DNA from: a virus
Taxonomy: Duplodnaviria; Caudoviricetes
Reading direction: 5' to 3' (one strand)
Virus record (IMG/VR): IMGVR_UViG_3300046779_001841
Span: 32,001 to 96,000 of that record
Length of the DNA stretch: 64,000 bases
This document shows positions 27,501-35,848 of this stretch, one piece after another. Numbering within the stretch: the first letter of the stretch is position 1; each line of letters begins with the position of its first letter. A program made the translations under genes and the position numbers. The notes under the pieces are model-generated. The model did no database searches, had not been told where the DNA came from, and saw nothing but the letters and a program-made list of their open reading frames with translations.

Positions 27501-29570
27501 AGTTATTTGACCACCATCAATAGTGCCTGATCCTGTATTAATATTTACATTACCACCATTACCACTAATAAGAGAATTGCCTGTAGTTAAAGAAAAAGCA
27601 CCACCATTAGCAGTATCGGGTCCTGCAACATTTGTACTTGCATTACCTGTGTTAAGAGTAATAGCACCACCATTACTATTGGCTTGATCGGAATTACTAT
27701 CACCTGCAGTAAGAGTGATAGCACCGCCAAGTCTAGCACCATTCATAGTAACAGTATTACCAGAAGCACCAGCAGTAATATCAATATTACCTGCATTACC
27801 ATCATTATCAGCATTAGGTGTTGTTATAACAACACTACCTACAATAGCACCAGCTATTGCACCTATTTCACCTGATGAAATATATACAGAACCGCTAGTA
27901 TTTCCTGCACCACTTCCATAACCGCCTTCAATAGTTACACTACCACCATCAGAATTAGTTCCAGTACCACCATGAATAGTTACACTACCACCACTTGTAT
28001 TACCTGTACCAGCAGTAAGACTAAAATCACCACCTTGACCATTACCACCATCGCCTAAAACAATAGTCATATCACCACCATTGCCATTATCAATACTTTG
28101 TCCTGTAGTAATAGTTAAAGCACCACCATCACCAAGAAGACCAACACCAAGAACAATATCTAAATTACCACCATGTCCTAGATCTGAACTTTGTCCTGTG
28201 GTGATACTAATACCACCTGCATCACCTTCAAGTGCATCACCAGTGATAATATCTAAATTACCACCATGTCCAAGACTAGAACTTTGACCTGTGGTTAAGC
28301 TAAAACCACCACCATTTCCTGCACTCGCCAAACCTGTTTGGATAACTAGATTACCACCATCACCTGTAGCATTGCTATTACCTGTATTGAGAGTGAAACC
28401 ACCACCATTTCCATTGTCACCTAAACCAAGACTAATAGTCATATTACCACCATGACCATTATCAATACTTTGTCCTGTAGTGATACTAATATCACCACCA
28501 TTACCACTAGTGCCACCACCTGTTTGAATAGTGAATAGACCACCATTACCTGTAGTGGTAGAATCACCAGTGGTTAAAGTCATAGAACCACCATTATCTA
28601 TTCCACCATTACCTGTTGTAAGGTCTAAATTACCACCTGCATTGTCACTATTTGTAGTTAAAGAAAGATCATTTACATTAGCTACAAAATAAGAATCACC
28701 TTTAGAAGCGATCAAAGTCCAATCAGCATTTTCAAAGGGAGGTGAATTATTATTAGCACCTACTGCATACCAAGTTTGTCCTTGATATGTAACAATATCA
28801 CCAGTTACATAATTATCTACATTTGACCAAGCACCTTGAAAATACCATACAGCATCAGCACCATTAGTACCATCTGCACCTACAACATGACCCACATTCG
28901 TTGGATTGAGTGGGTCATTAGAAAATTCAATAAGAAGGTCACCATTAAGATCAATAGTTGCAGATAAAATAGAAATACCATCAGCACCTGGTAAACCATC
29001 AGCACCAGTCGCACCATCCATACCAGGTAGACCATCAGCACCAGGCGCACCATCAGCACCTTGTAGACCATCTTGACCTTTAGCAACAATCAAAGTCCAA
29101 TCAGCACTTTCAGCAGGTGTTGAATTTGTACTTGTTTGTAATGCTAACCATGATGAACCATCATAAACAACAACATCATTTGCAACATATTCAGTAGCAC
29201 CATTCCAAGTGCCTTGATGTGTCCAAGTTGCTTCAGTAACATAAGTAGTAGTTGCAATTTGAGATACTTGAATAGCATCAGCAAGAACAACCCAGTCAGT
29301 ACCATTAGAAATGATATTGACTGTACCATAATCTTTATTGATTGTGTAATAAGTGGTTTGTTGATCTAAAGACTGAACAAGAATACCATTGGTAAAAGCA
29401 CCATTAAGTTTAATTGTATATGTTCTACCTGTTGCAGTAGTTGGATCGGGTAATAAAACAGATTGATTATCTTGTGCAAGATAAATCTCATCTGTAGCAG
29501 TTAAAATATAAGTGTTTGTATTTTCAGATACTTTCACATTATTGACATTGACATCTATTAAATATGACAT
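24519..29570 (-). CDS. Large tail fibre/adhesin (1683 aa) with CBM-like repeats, collagen and Gly-rich solenoid
   Basis: Two W....Y...DVV.Y.G..W modules, (Gly-X-Y)11, GG.I.(L/I)TTG repeats and a C-terminal beta-sandwich. Confidence 0.85.
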   Translation of the reverse strand: MSYLIDVNVNNVKVSENTNTYILTATDEIYLAQDNQSVLLPDPTTATGRTYTIKLNGAFTNGILVQSLDQQTTYYTINKDYGTVNIISNGTDWVVLADAIQVSQIATTTYVTEATWTHQGTWNGATEYVANDVVVYDGSSWLALQTSTNSTPAESADWTLIVAKGQDGLQGADGAPGADGLPGMDGATGADGLPGADGISILSATIDLNGDLLIEFSNDPLNPTNVGHVVGADGTNGADAVWYFQGAWSNVDNYVTGDIVTYQGQTWYAVGANNNSPPFENADWTLIASKGDSYFVANVNDLSLTTNSDNAGGNLDLTTGNGGIDNGGSMTLTTGDSTTTGNGGLFTIQTGGGTSGNGGDISITTGQSIDNGHGGNMTISLGLGDNGNGGGFTLNTGNSNATGDGGNLVIQTGLASAGNGGGFSLTTGQSSSLGHGGNLDIITGDALEGDAGGISITTGQSSDLGHGGNLDIVLGVGLLGDGGALTITTGQSIDNGNGGDMTIVLGDGGNGQGGDFSLTAGTGNTSGGSVTIHGGTGTNSDGGSVTIEGGYGSGAGNTSGSVYISSGEIGAIAGAIVGSVVITTPNADNDGNAGNIDITAGASGNTVTMNGARLGGAITLTAGDSNSDQANSNGGAITLNTGNASTNVAGPDTANGGAFSLTTGNSLISGNGGNVNINTGSGTIDGGQITFTLGQGGTGDGGSIVFDMGSSNGGLGGSFDATAGTSTNGDGGAINLTAGASVNSAGGGINLLAGTSTNGTDGGTVDITAGVGNTGTGGNVNINAGSTYTGNGGSIGIQTGSAMTAGNGGNLTLQTGTGFGAGNNAGNIILNPGDAGNDAGAGYVEVQGYFNVTESLSVPVISMTDNQASALDFKVYNDSYLNFVTTDNAEKIVASQKVEVLSDLSVIGGTLAFNVKDADLNTVFTIDSNNGDTTISGDLTVTGSLIVNGSTTTINTVNLNVTDSLIQLADGTTGAPTNDAGFIIARGDENNASLFWNEANDKFVFATATSLNSDFSGNILTAGGTITYSAVRLGSLEANSIGGIGASTLSVTGNLIGNADTSSAWLTAMTLNLGGDLTGSVAFNGSSAVTLNATLGTITNAQLQYDSIHIGTSDFALGGTLALSNDFALDGGTLVLGGTLSVYSAGAIALAKTINLAGAITGTIDLNNQTSAVTLNTTLGTVSNASLEYDSVNIDGYSLALGGTLNVAGDSYITLGVTGSTLSASLGTIANAKLQYDSVSIGGSYDLALGGTLALSNLAITGSTLGLATTISLVDNQSSALDITEGSNSYLKFITTNSSEKVLFSKTLKTIDDIVVQDKADLVVQTLYLYVKYNATSQTDNEYFYVFSSSDGGATREVVPLTNLDHLQEDTSLGFKRYIANQASAYANTLPGTPNASFIIDPSKTYYFIIRTDSDDTTPNKDFQAYVSTSNAHNGFTYNDVLPYGGGFSSDGEDNKYTLLVDSTSWAYTATDAPVTIYNRVSDPVSSMTTFSIDNVTGNTTIKGDTTIQTDSSLLINKATSASDPLIILNSDTTSTGHQDAVISVERGSGTDAQLKWDNTNTLWSADNATGTARPLVLASPIDTSITTSTPVTLTGNAKGEFEKIYLVANSNTAIVINLFDINSDYNGYKVIIKKIDDGTGTITIHPNSTHSNTIEGSTDDLTISTAFGSVTLVANGIGWWVL
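27050..28625 (-). repeat. Gly-rich 13-15-aa coding repeats (GG-x-hydrophobic-x-hydrophobic-TTG)
   Basis: Dozens of copies visible in the translation; boundaries approximate. Confidence 0.85.
28977..29078 (-). repeat. Collagen-like (Gly-X-Y)11 repeat
   Basis: GQDGLQGADGAPGADGLPGMDGATGADGLPGADG. Confidence 0.95.
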
Positions 29571-29578
29571 TTCAAGCC

Positions 29579-29614
29579 TCTCTTGATATAAAGTTGGTCT
29601 TTCATATCAAGAGA
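29579..29614 (-). promoter_or_regulatory. 15-bp stem-loop overlapping the RBS of the 1683-aa fibre gene
   Basis: Minus strand TCTCTTGATAT-G-AAAG-ACCAA-CTTT-ATATCAAGAGA, immediately followed by GGCTTGAA ATG. Confidence 0.65.
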
Positions 29615-29639
29615 TTTAATAAAATAAATATTGCAGAGA

Positions 29640-32600
29640 TTACATAATATACCAAGAAGTTCCTCTTGCCATAATGGTCAAACAACCACCAGGTAAAATA
29701 CTCTTACTATTAGAACCACCGATAGTTTGAATACCATCACCAAAAATAGTCATAGATGCAGTAAGATCAGTATTAAATAAAGCTAAAACATAACCATCAT
29801 AGTCATTATTTGTTAAAGCAAAAAGATAAACATCACCAGCCACACCACCATTTTCAATAAAATAAGCATCTTTAGAAACACTAACTAAAGGTGCATCGAT
29901 AGTCCATTCATCATTTAAGAAGTCTGAATCTGTGGTAGTATAACGAGTTTCACCAGCACCTGCGACTGCAAGATCAACATAAGCAGTAGTAGCAAGTTTA
30001 GTAGAATTATCATTAGGATCTTGTGTAGTAGCAACAACATTACCACTTAAAGTTAAAGTACCTCCAATAAAAGAAGAAATTTCAACAGCTTCTAAAATAC
30101 CACTAGCATTATTAAGTTTTAATTTATCAACAAGATTGGTATCTTGTATAGAAAAATCACCACCTAGAATTGTAACATTTGCTTGGTTATCGACATTAAA
30201 AGTATTATCGTTAATAACACCATTATTCCAAACTTTTAAAAGTCCATTAATGTAAAGAATACCATCACCACCTAGATCATTAGGTTGTGCCATAAAGAAA
30301 TTTTCATTTCCATTAACACCACCATTGATATAGAAACCATCTGTATTACCATTCGCACCATAAATGTTAATATTAACATTATTAGATGCAACATTTAAGA
30401 AACTAGCACCATTAGAATTTTTTACATCTAAATCATAAGATGAAACTGCACCAGCAACATCAACATCACCAGTAGAAGAATTTACTGAAACAACAGGTGA
30501 AACTTGATTGAAAGTAGAGATCGCACCAAAATTAACTGCATTTTGTAAAGCATCATCATAAGAAATAAGATATTCAGTGTTATAAGCACTAGCATCATTT
30601 GCAGTATATAAAATATTATATGTAGGTGCAGGATTAGCATTATCTAAAGAAAATGCCATTTCAAATTCAACACCATCATCATTGCTAGTATATGCTCTTA
30701 ATTGATATGTATATGTACCACCTTCTGTATCTACTACAAAAGAAGCATTAGGAACATTATCTACATTAGAATAAGCACCTGCGACTGCTTGGTATTCATA
30801 AATACCACTAGGTTTAACAGCAAGTTTATTCAAACCAGCATCTTGTAATAAAGTCAAAGGAATGACTTGTCTTATATTACCATTATCTGATGTTTTAAAG
30901 ACATGAAAGTATTCACCATTAGCAAGAGAATCCGCACCATATTTTACATAAATGTAAACAGTAGTCCCATTTACCAAAGCACCTGTAGGATTAAGAATGG
31001 TAAGATCGGAATAAACAGAAGTATTATCTTGAAGATTAATACCAGCACCATTAGATGCTTCAGCTATAGTGCTTACATTTAAAGAACCTGTAACAGTGGT
31101 ATCGCCTGTACTAGAATCTACAGAGAAAGTGTAAGCATTTTCATGTTGAACACCTAAAATAAAACTATCTGGATTAAAACTTGAAACAATAGCATTGCCA
31201 TTAAAAGTAGTATTCTCATTAATAGATAAAGCACTATCTATTGTGAGTTGAGCATCAGCAGAAATAGATAGTGTACTACCTGTAATCAAATTAGCAATAA
31301 TAGAATTAGCTTTGAAATCTGCATAAGCTAAATTATTTGCTTGTGTAACAACATTACTTGTAGTTGAACCAATACTATCAGCAGTAATAACTGCAAAATG
31401 AGATTCGCTTTCATCCCAGAAAAGAGATGCGGATGGTTGAGTATTACCTCTTTCAATAATAAAACCTGCATCATTTGTTGCAGTAGGATTAGCACTTGTA
31501 CCAGATCCTAAAAGAATAATGCTATCTGTAACATCTAAATTAACAGTATTGATAGATGTAATCGAACCATTAACAGTAAGAGTACCACCTACGATTAAAT
31601 TACCTTGAATGTCAACATTTTCTGCAAGTCCAATATTAACTTCACCACCTAAAACAAAGACTGAAGTTTCATTCTCTACACCTAAGAAAGTAATTGTTCC
31701 ACCTAAAGGTATATTTTCTGAACTATCTGAATCAGAGAAAGCTATCGTCTTAGTAGAGAGATTATCTACACTAATAGTTCCTAAACCAATAGTCATAGTA
31801 CTATTGGGTTCATCCATTGTTACAGATACACCATTAGCACCTACAACATCAAGATTATTACCAAGATCGATTTGGAAATCATTGATTGCAATAAAGCTAT
31901 GTTGTAATTGACCATTGGTGATAGTTCCCAAAGTAGCAGTCAAAGTAACAGAAGCTAAGGCATTATCTAAACTTACTGATCCTGTTAAATTACCTGCAAG
32001 ATTAATAGTTTTAGCAAGAGCAATCGCAGAAGTAGCTACAATAGTACCTGCAAGACCAATAGTAATAACACCAAGATTTGAAGAAACGGAGATTTCTCCA
32101 TCAGTGCCTTCAATCGTAACTTCTTCACCAAGATGAACTTCATGATTATTAAAAGCAATAAAATCATGTTCTAGTTTAGAATTAGTGATAGTACTATTAG
32201 CAATCATACCACCTGTAATACTTTCTAGTACAATATCAGCTAAAATCTCTACAGATTGAGAACCATCAAAAGCAACAGAACCTGTAATGACTGACCCACC
32301 AATACTTAAAGTAACAGGAGAAACTAAAGCACTAGCAGTTTGGGCATTACCAAAAAAATCACCAGTAAGGGTCAAGTTATTAAATTTGGCATCACCTAAA
32401 GTAGCTTCATTGTTATATGTGTTATACATAGTAAAGACATGATCTGATTTATCATGACCAAAGAAACCAGTCTTTAATGAAGCATTAGGATAAACTTTAC
32501 CTGTAGTACCAGCGAGTAAAACAGCACCATCATCAGTGGCAGTGAATATCCAATTTTGTTGATTGAATAAAGCACCAACAAGAGTAAAATTTGTATTACC

Positions 32601-33683
32601 AACATCTTTGATAATATATTGAGTACCATTAACAATCGCTTCAGCATCAAGTAAAGGTGAATCATAATAATCAAAACGAACACCAACATTATTGGATTCG
32701 CCTTCTTGAGTATTATGACCAAGTTTTAATGTACCACTAATAGCAACAGAATCATCAATAGTGACATTTCCACCATTTGTATTGATAGCTAGATCACCAC
32801 TAGAAACATAGATATAACCTGTTTGAAATTCTAAGTCTGCAATTTTACTTTCAGTAGGTGCCTCAAATTTCTTACCAAATGTTACTTTTTCCGAACCATT
32901 AGTAGTGATAAACTTTAAATAAGAATTACCATTTTCATTAATATCTAAAGCACTAACTTGATCATCTACAAGATTGATAGAAGTCGCAAGACTTAATGTA
33001 GAACCAGTGATTGCCAAATTAGATAGATTTAAAGTACCACCTAAAGCAAGATCATAAGAACCGCCAATAGATACGGAATCATTAACAAGTTTAGCATTCT
33101 CAATAGAGTTATCATTTAATGAAGCATTAAGATCAACACTTGCAGAACCATCAAAAGAAACAGAACCTGTAAGAACAGTGCCTGTTAAATTTAAAGTCAT
33201 TGGACTAAGCCATGCAGAAGAAGTTAAAGCATTCCCATCAAGATTAGCAGTGATTGTACCACCAACAATCATAGCAATATCAGCACCATCAGTTAAATCT
33301 TCAGTGGATAAAGAATCGTTTATCCATTCAGTCCCAGAATATTTAAGATATTCACCTGGTGCAACACCAGCAACATCTACATCACTTAAAGTAGCTAAAG
33401 AACCACCACTAACATTAGCATCAACATATGCTTTAGTAGCAACATCTTGAGCATCTTCTGGGTCAGCAACATTGATAATTTTTTGAGCATTAAAATCAAC
33501 AGTGGTAATAGGTAAAATGTTAGAAAGATCTGATCTTGCAGTTTCAGAACCACCTAAAGTTTCACCATCATGAACTCGTATAGAGTTGCTAGATGTATTG
33601 ACTGTAATTTCACCAACAGCACCTGTGAAAGCATTGTTTTCAGCAGTAGTGCCTCTTCTTAATTGTATTCTACGAACAGACAT
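29640..33683 (-). CDS. Tail fibre (1347 aa, Mtd_N-like N-terminus)
   Basis: RRIQLRRGTTAENNAFTGAVGEITVNT....RVHDG. Shares shaft modules with the 1683-aa and 997-aa fibres. Confidence 0.85.
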   Translation of the reverse strand: MSVRRIQLRRGTTAENNAFTGAVGEITVNTSSNSIRVHDGETLGGSETARSDLSNILPITTVDFNAQKIINVADPEDAQDVATKAYVDANVSGGSLATLSDVDVAGVAPGEYLKYSGTEWINDSLSTEDLTDGADIAMIVGGTITANLDGNALTSSAWLSPMTLNLTGTVLTGSVSFDGSASVDLNASLNDNSIENAKLVNDSVSIGGSYDLALGGTLNLSNLAITGSTLSLATSINLVDDQVSALDINENGNSYLKFITTNGSEKVTFGKKFEAPTESKIADLEFQTGYIYVSSGDLAINTNGGNVTIDDSVAISGTLKLGHNTQEGESNNVGVRFDYYDSPLLDAEAIVNGTQYIIKDVGNTNFTLVGALFNQQNWIFTATDDGAVLLAGTTGKVYPNASLKTGFFGHDKSDHVFTMYNTYNNEATLGDAKFNNLTLTGDFFGNAQTASALVSPVTLSIGGSVITGSVAFDGSQSVEILADIVLESITGGMIANSTITNSKLEHDFIAFNNHEVHLGEEVTIEGTDGEISVSSNLGVITIGLAGTIVATSAIALAKTINLAGNLTGSVSLDNALASVTLTATLGTITNGQLQHSFIAINDFQIDLGNNLDVVGANGVSVTMDEPNSTMTIGLGTISVDNLSTKTIAFSDSDSSENIPLGGTITFLGVENETSVFVLGGEVNIGLAENVDIQGNLIVGGTLTVNGSITSINTVNLDVTDSIILLGSGTSANPTATNDAGFIIERGNTQPSASLFWDESESHFAVITADSIGSTTSNVVTQANNLAYADFKANSIIANLITGSTLSISADAQLTIDSALSINENTTFNGNAIVSSFNPDSFILGVQHENAYTFSVDSSTGDTTVTGSLNVSTIAEASNGAGINLQDNTSVYSDLTILNPTGALVNGTTVYIYVKYGADSLANGEYFHVFKTSDNGNIRQVIPLTLLQDAGLNKLAVKPSGIYEYQAVAGAYSNVDNVPNASFVVDTEGGTYTYQLRAYTSNDDGVEFEMAFSLDNANPAPTYNILYTANDASAYNTEYLISYDDALQNAVNFGAISTFNQVSPVVSVNSSTGDVDVAGAVSSYDLDVKNSNGASFLNVASNNVNINIYGANGNTDGFYINGGVNGNENFFMAQPNDLGGDGILYINGLLKVWNNGVINDNTFNVDNQANVTILGGDFSIQDTNLVDKLKLNNASGILEAVEISSFIGGTLTLSGNVVATTQDPNDNSTKLATTAYVDLAVAGAGETRYTTTDSDFLNDEWTIDAPLVSVSKDAYFIENGGVAGDVYLFALTNNDYDGYVLALFNTDLTASMTIFGDGIQTIGGSNSKSILPGGCLTIMARGTSWYIM

Positions 33684-33752
33684 TTATTTTCTCCTAATGA
33701 AAAAAGATAACTATATGAAAAAGAAAAATAGATAGAAAAATTATTCATTTTT

Positions 33753-35789
33753 TTATCCAAGTAGGGGTCCATAATCTTCTAAAGAAAAATAAGATATAGG
33801 TAAAAACAAATCTTCAGCATTTAAAGGTGTTTCTCCATTACCATTACTATTTTGACAATCTATGATAGAACCTATGACTAAATCGGTAACAGAACCACAA
33901 TCAAAAGTTTCAATAACTCGACCTTGATTATCAATCTCTATATTGAGATTTGTATTCGCTGGATTGAATTGTGAAGTATTACTATCCCAAACAAGTGTTT
34001 GACCATCTTGTATTGCATTTATATTTACATCTGTTAGATCATTGATAGACATATTCAAATTATTTACATCTACTAATGATGTGATGTCATCATTGATTGT
34101 TAAAATATCACCAATATTGACACCACCTATTGTAGTTGCCAAATTCAAAATGGTAGAACTAATAGCACCTGTATTATCAAGCAATAAAACTTCATTTGCA
34201 TCTGTTCCTGCATCATAAGTAACACTAGAACCTGTTCCTGTTATGATAGAAATATCAATAACACTATTGATCCAGCTAGTTCCATTAAATAAAAGAACAT
34301 CATTCTCATTTGGTGTAGGTGCATTAACATCTGTTAATTGGTCTAAACTTGTAGCACCACCACCACCATTTGCATCTACATAATCTACAACCCATTCGGT
34401 AGTAGCAACTCTAGTGCTATCATCATTTGCCAAAGGTGTTGTTGCAGTAGCTTGTGCCAAAGATGAAGAAGTAGTGATTGTTAAACTATCACTTGCGATT
34501 TCACCAATAAAAGAATTTGTGACTGCATCAAGTCTAGGTAGATTTTCGCTATCTGTAAGATCTGTACTTGCTAATTCCAAATCACCTTTTAAAGTATTTA
34601 TATCAATAAGAGCATTTATATCAGTCGATGTTGTTAATATATCTCCGATACTAACACCACCTATGGTAGTAGCTAAGTTTAAAATTGCACTATCAATAGC
34701 ACCATTATTATCTAATAATAAGACTTCATTGGCTTGAGTACCTGCATCATAACCAACACTATCACCATAACCACTAATAGTAGTGTCAATATTTGCCAAA
34801 GCAGTATCAAGTTTACCTAAAGCAACATGATGACTATCATTATCAGCAATAAAATTAGTAGATGAATAAATAGGTCTAGCACCATCTGGATCTAAACCTA
34901 AACTAGATTGTGTAGTATCGAGTTCTGTTTGTAAATCTGCGATTTGAGTAGCACTAGGATTTAAGATTTCTAACCATTCAGTACCTGTTGAGATAAAAGT
35001 TTGGAAAGTATCTATAGTGATATAAACATCACCAACATTATCAAGACTAGGTGCAGGTCTATCTGCTAATAACCCTGATTCTACATGGGTTATAGCTAAA
35101 TCAGGTAATTGACTAGATTTAATATGACCATTTTCATCTAAAGTAGGAATAGCACCTTGAATATTACCAGCAGTAGTATCCAGAGCAGTAATTTGAACAA
35201 AGTCAGTGGAATCTAAACCATCAAGTTTATCAGCATCAAGATTTGAGTTATCTTCTGCAATAATATTTTTAATGTTCGTGTTATTAAAATCAGCACTATC
35301 TAATTTATCATTGATCGCAGTTTGTAGATTATCAGTAATAGTAGTCGTTGCTAAAGTATTGACATCACTTAAATCAGCAGATGATAAAACAACATTAACA
35401 AAATTTGCACCATCATATTGTAAAACTTCACCACTAACAACATCTGTAATCGTGACATCTGTTAATTGATCTAGTGATGTTGCACCACCACCACCACCAT
35501 TAGCAAGAACCCATGCTTTGGTAGCAACATCTTGATCATCAATAGGATCAGCAACATTAGTAATTCTAACTGTTTGACCACCAAGATTGTCTAAAAGACT
35601 AAAAGTACCATTAGAAGAAATCAAAACATTTGATAAGTTTGATTTCAACATTTCATGACCACCAACAGTCACATTATCGTGTAATCTTAAAGAATTATTG
35701 CTGGTATTCATTGTCAATTCACCAACAAGACCTGTAAAGGTTTGATGTTGAACTGCAGTACCTCTTCTTAATTGGACTTGCCTAGACAT
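33753..35789 (-). CDS. Tail fibre (678 aa, Mtd_N-like N-terminus, LxDV repeats)
   Basis: RQVQLRRGT...GELTMNT....RLHD; GGGGATSLDQLTDV repeats. Confidence 0.85.
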   Translation of the reverse strand: MSRQVQLRRGTAVQHQTFTGLVGELTMNTSNNSLRLHDNVTVGGHEMLKSNLSNVLISSNGTFSLLDNLGGQTVRITNVADPIDDQDVATKAWVLANGGGGGATSLDQLTDVTITDVVSGEVLQYDGANFVNVVLSSADLSDVNTLATTTITDNLQTAINDKLDSADFNNTNIKNIIAEDNSNLDADKLDGLDSTDFVQITALDTTAGNIQGAIPTLDENGHIKSSQLPDLAITHVESGLLADRPAPSLDNVGDVYITIDTFQTFISTGTEWLEILNPSATQIADLQTELDTTQSSLGLDPDGARPIYSSTNFIADNDSHHVALGKLDTALANIDTTISGYGDSVGYDAGTQANEVLLLDNNGAIDSAILNLATTIGGVSIGDILTTSTDINALIDINTLKGDLELASTDLTDSENLPRLDAVTNSFIGEIASDSLTITTSSSLAQATATTPLANDDSTRVATTEWVVDYVDANGGGGATSLDQLTDVNAPTPNENDVLLFNGTSWINSVIDISIITGTGSSVTYDAGTDANEVLLLDNTGAISSTILNLATTIGGVNIGDILTINDDITSLVDVNNLNMSINDLTDVNINAIQDGQTLVWDSNTSQFNPANTNLNIEIDNQGRVIETFDCGSVTDLVIGSIIDCQNSNGNGETPLNAEDLFLPISYFSLEDYGPLLG

Positions 35790-35848
35790 ATTATACTCCT
35801 CTTTTATATAGATTTCATAAAGAAGGAATACATTTAAAAATTATTGCA

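Noticed and set aside
20677-35789. Diversity-generating retroelement, suggested by three Mtd_N-like fibre N-termini
   Set aside because: Mtd_N is only an attachment domain. No reverse transcriptase, no C-type-lectin variable region and no TR/VR pair differing only at adenines was seen.
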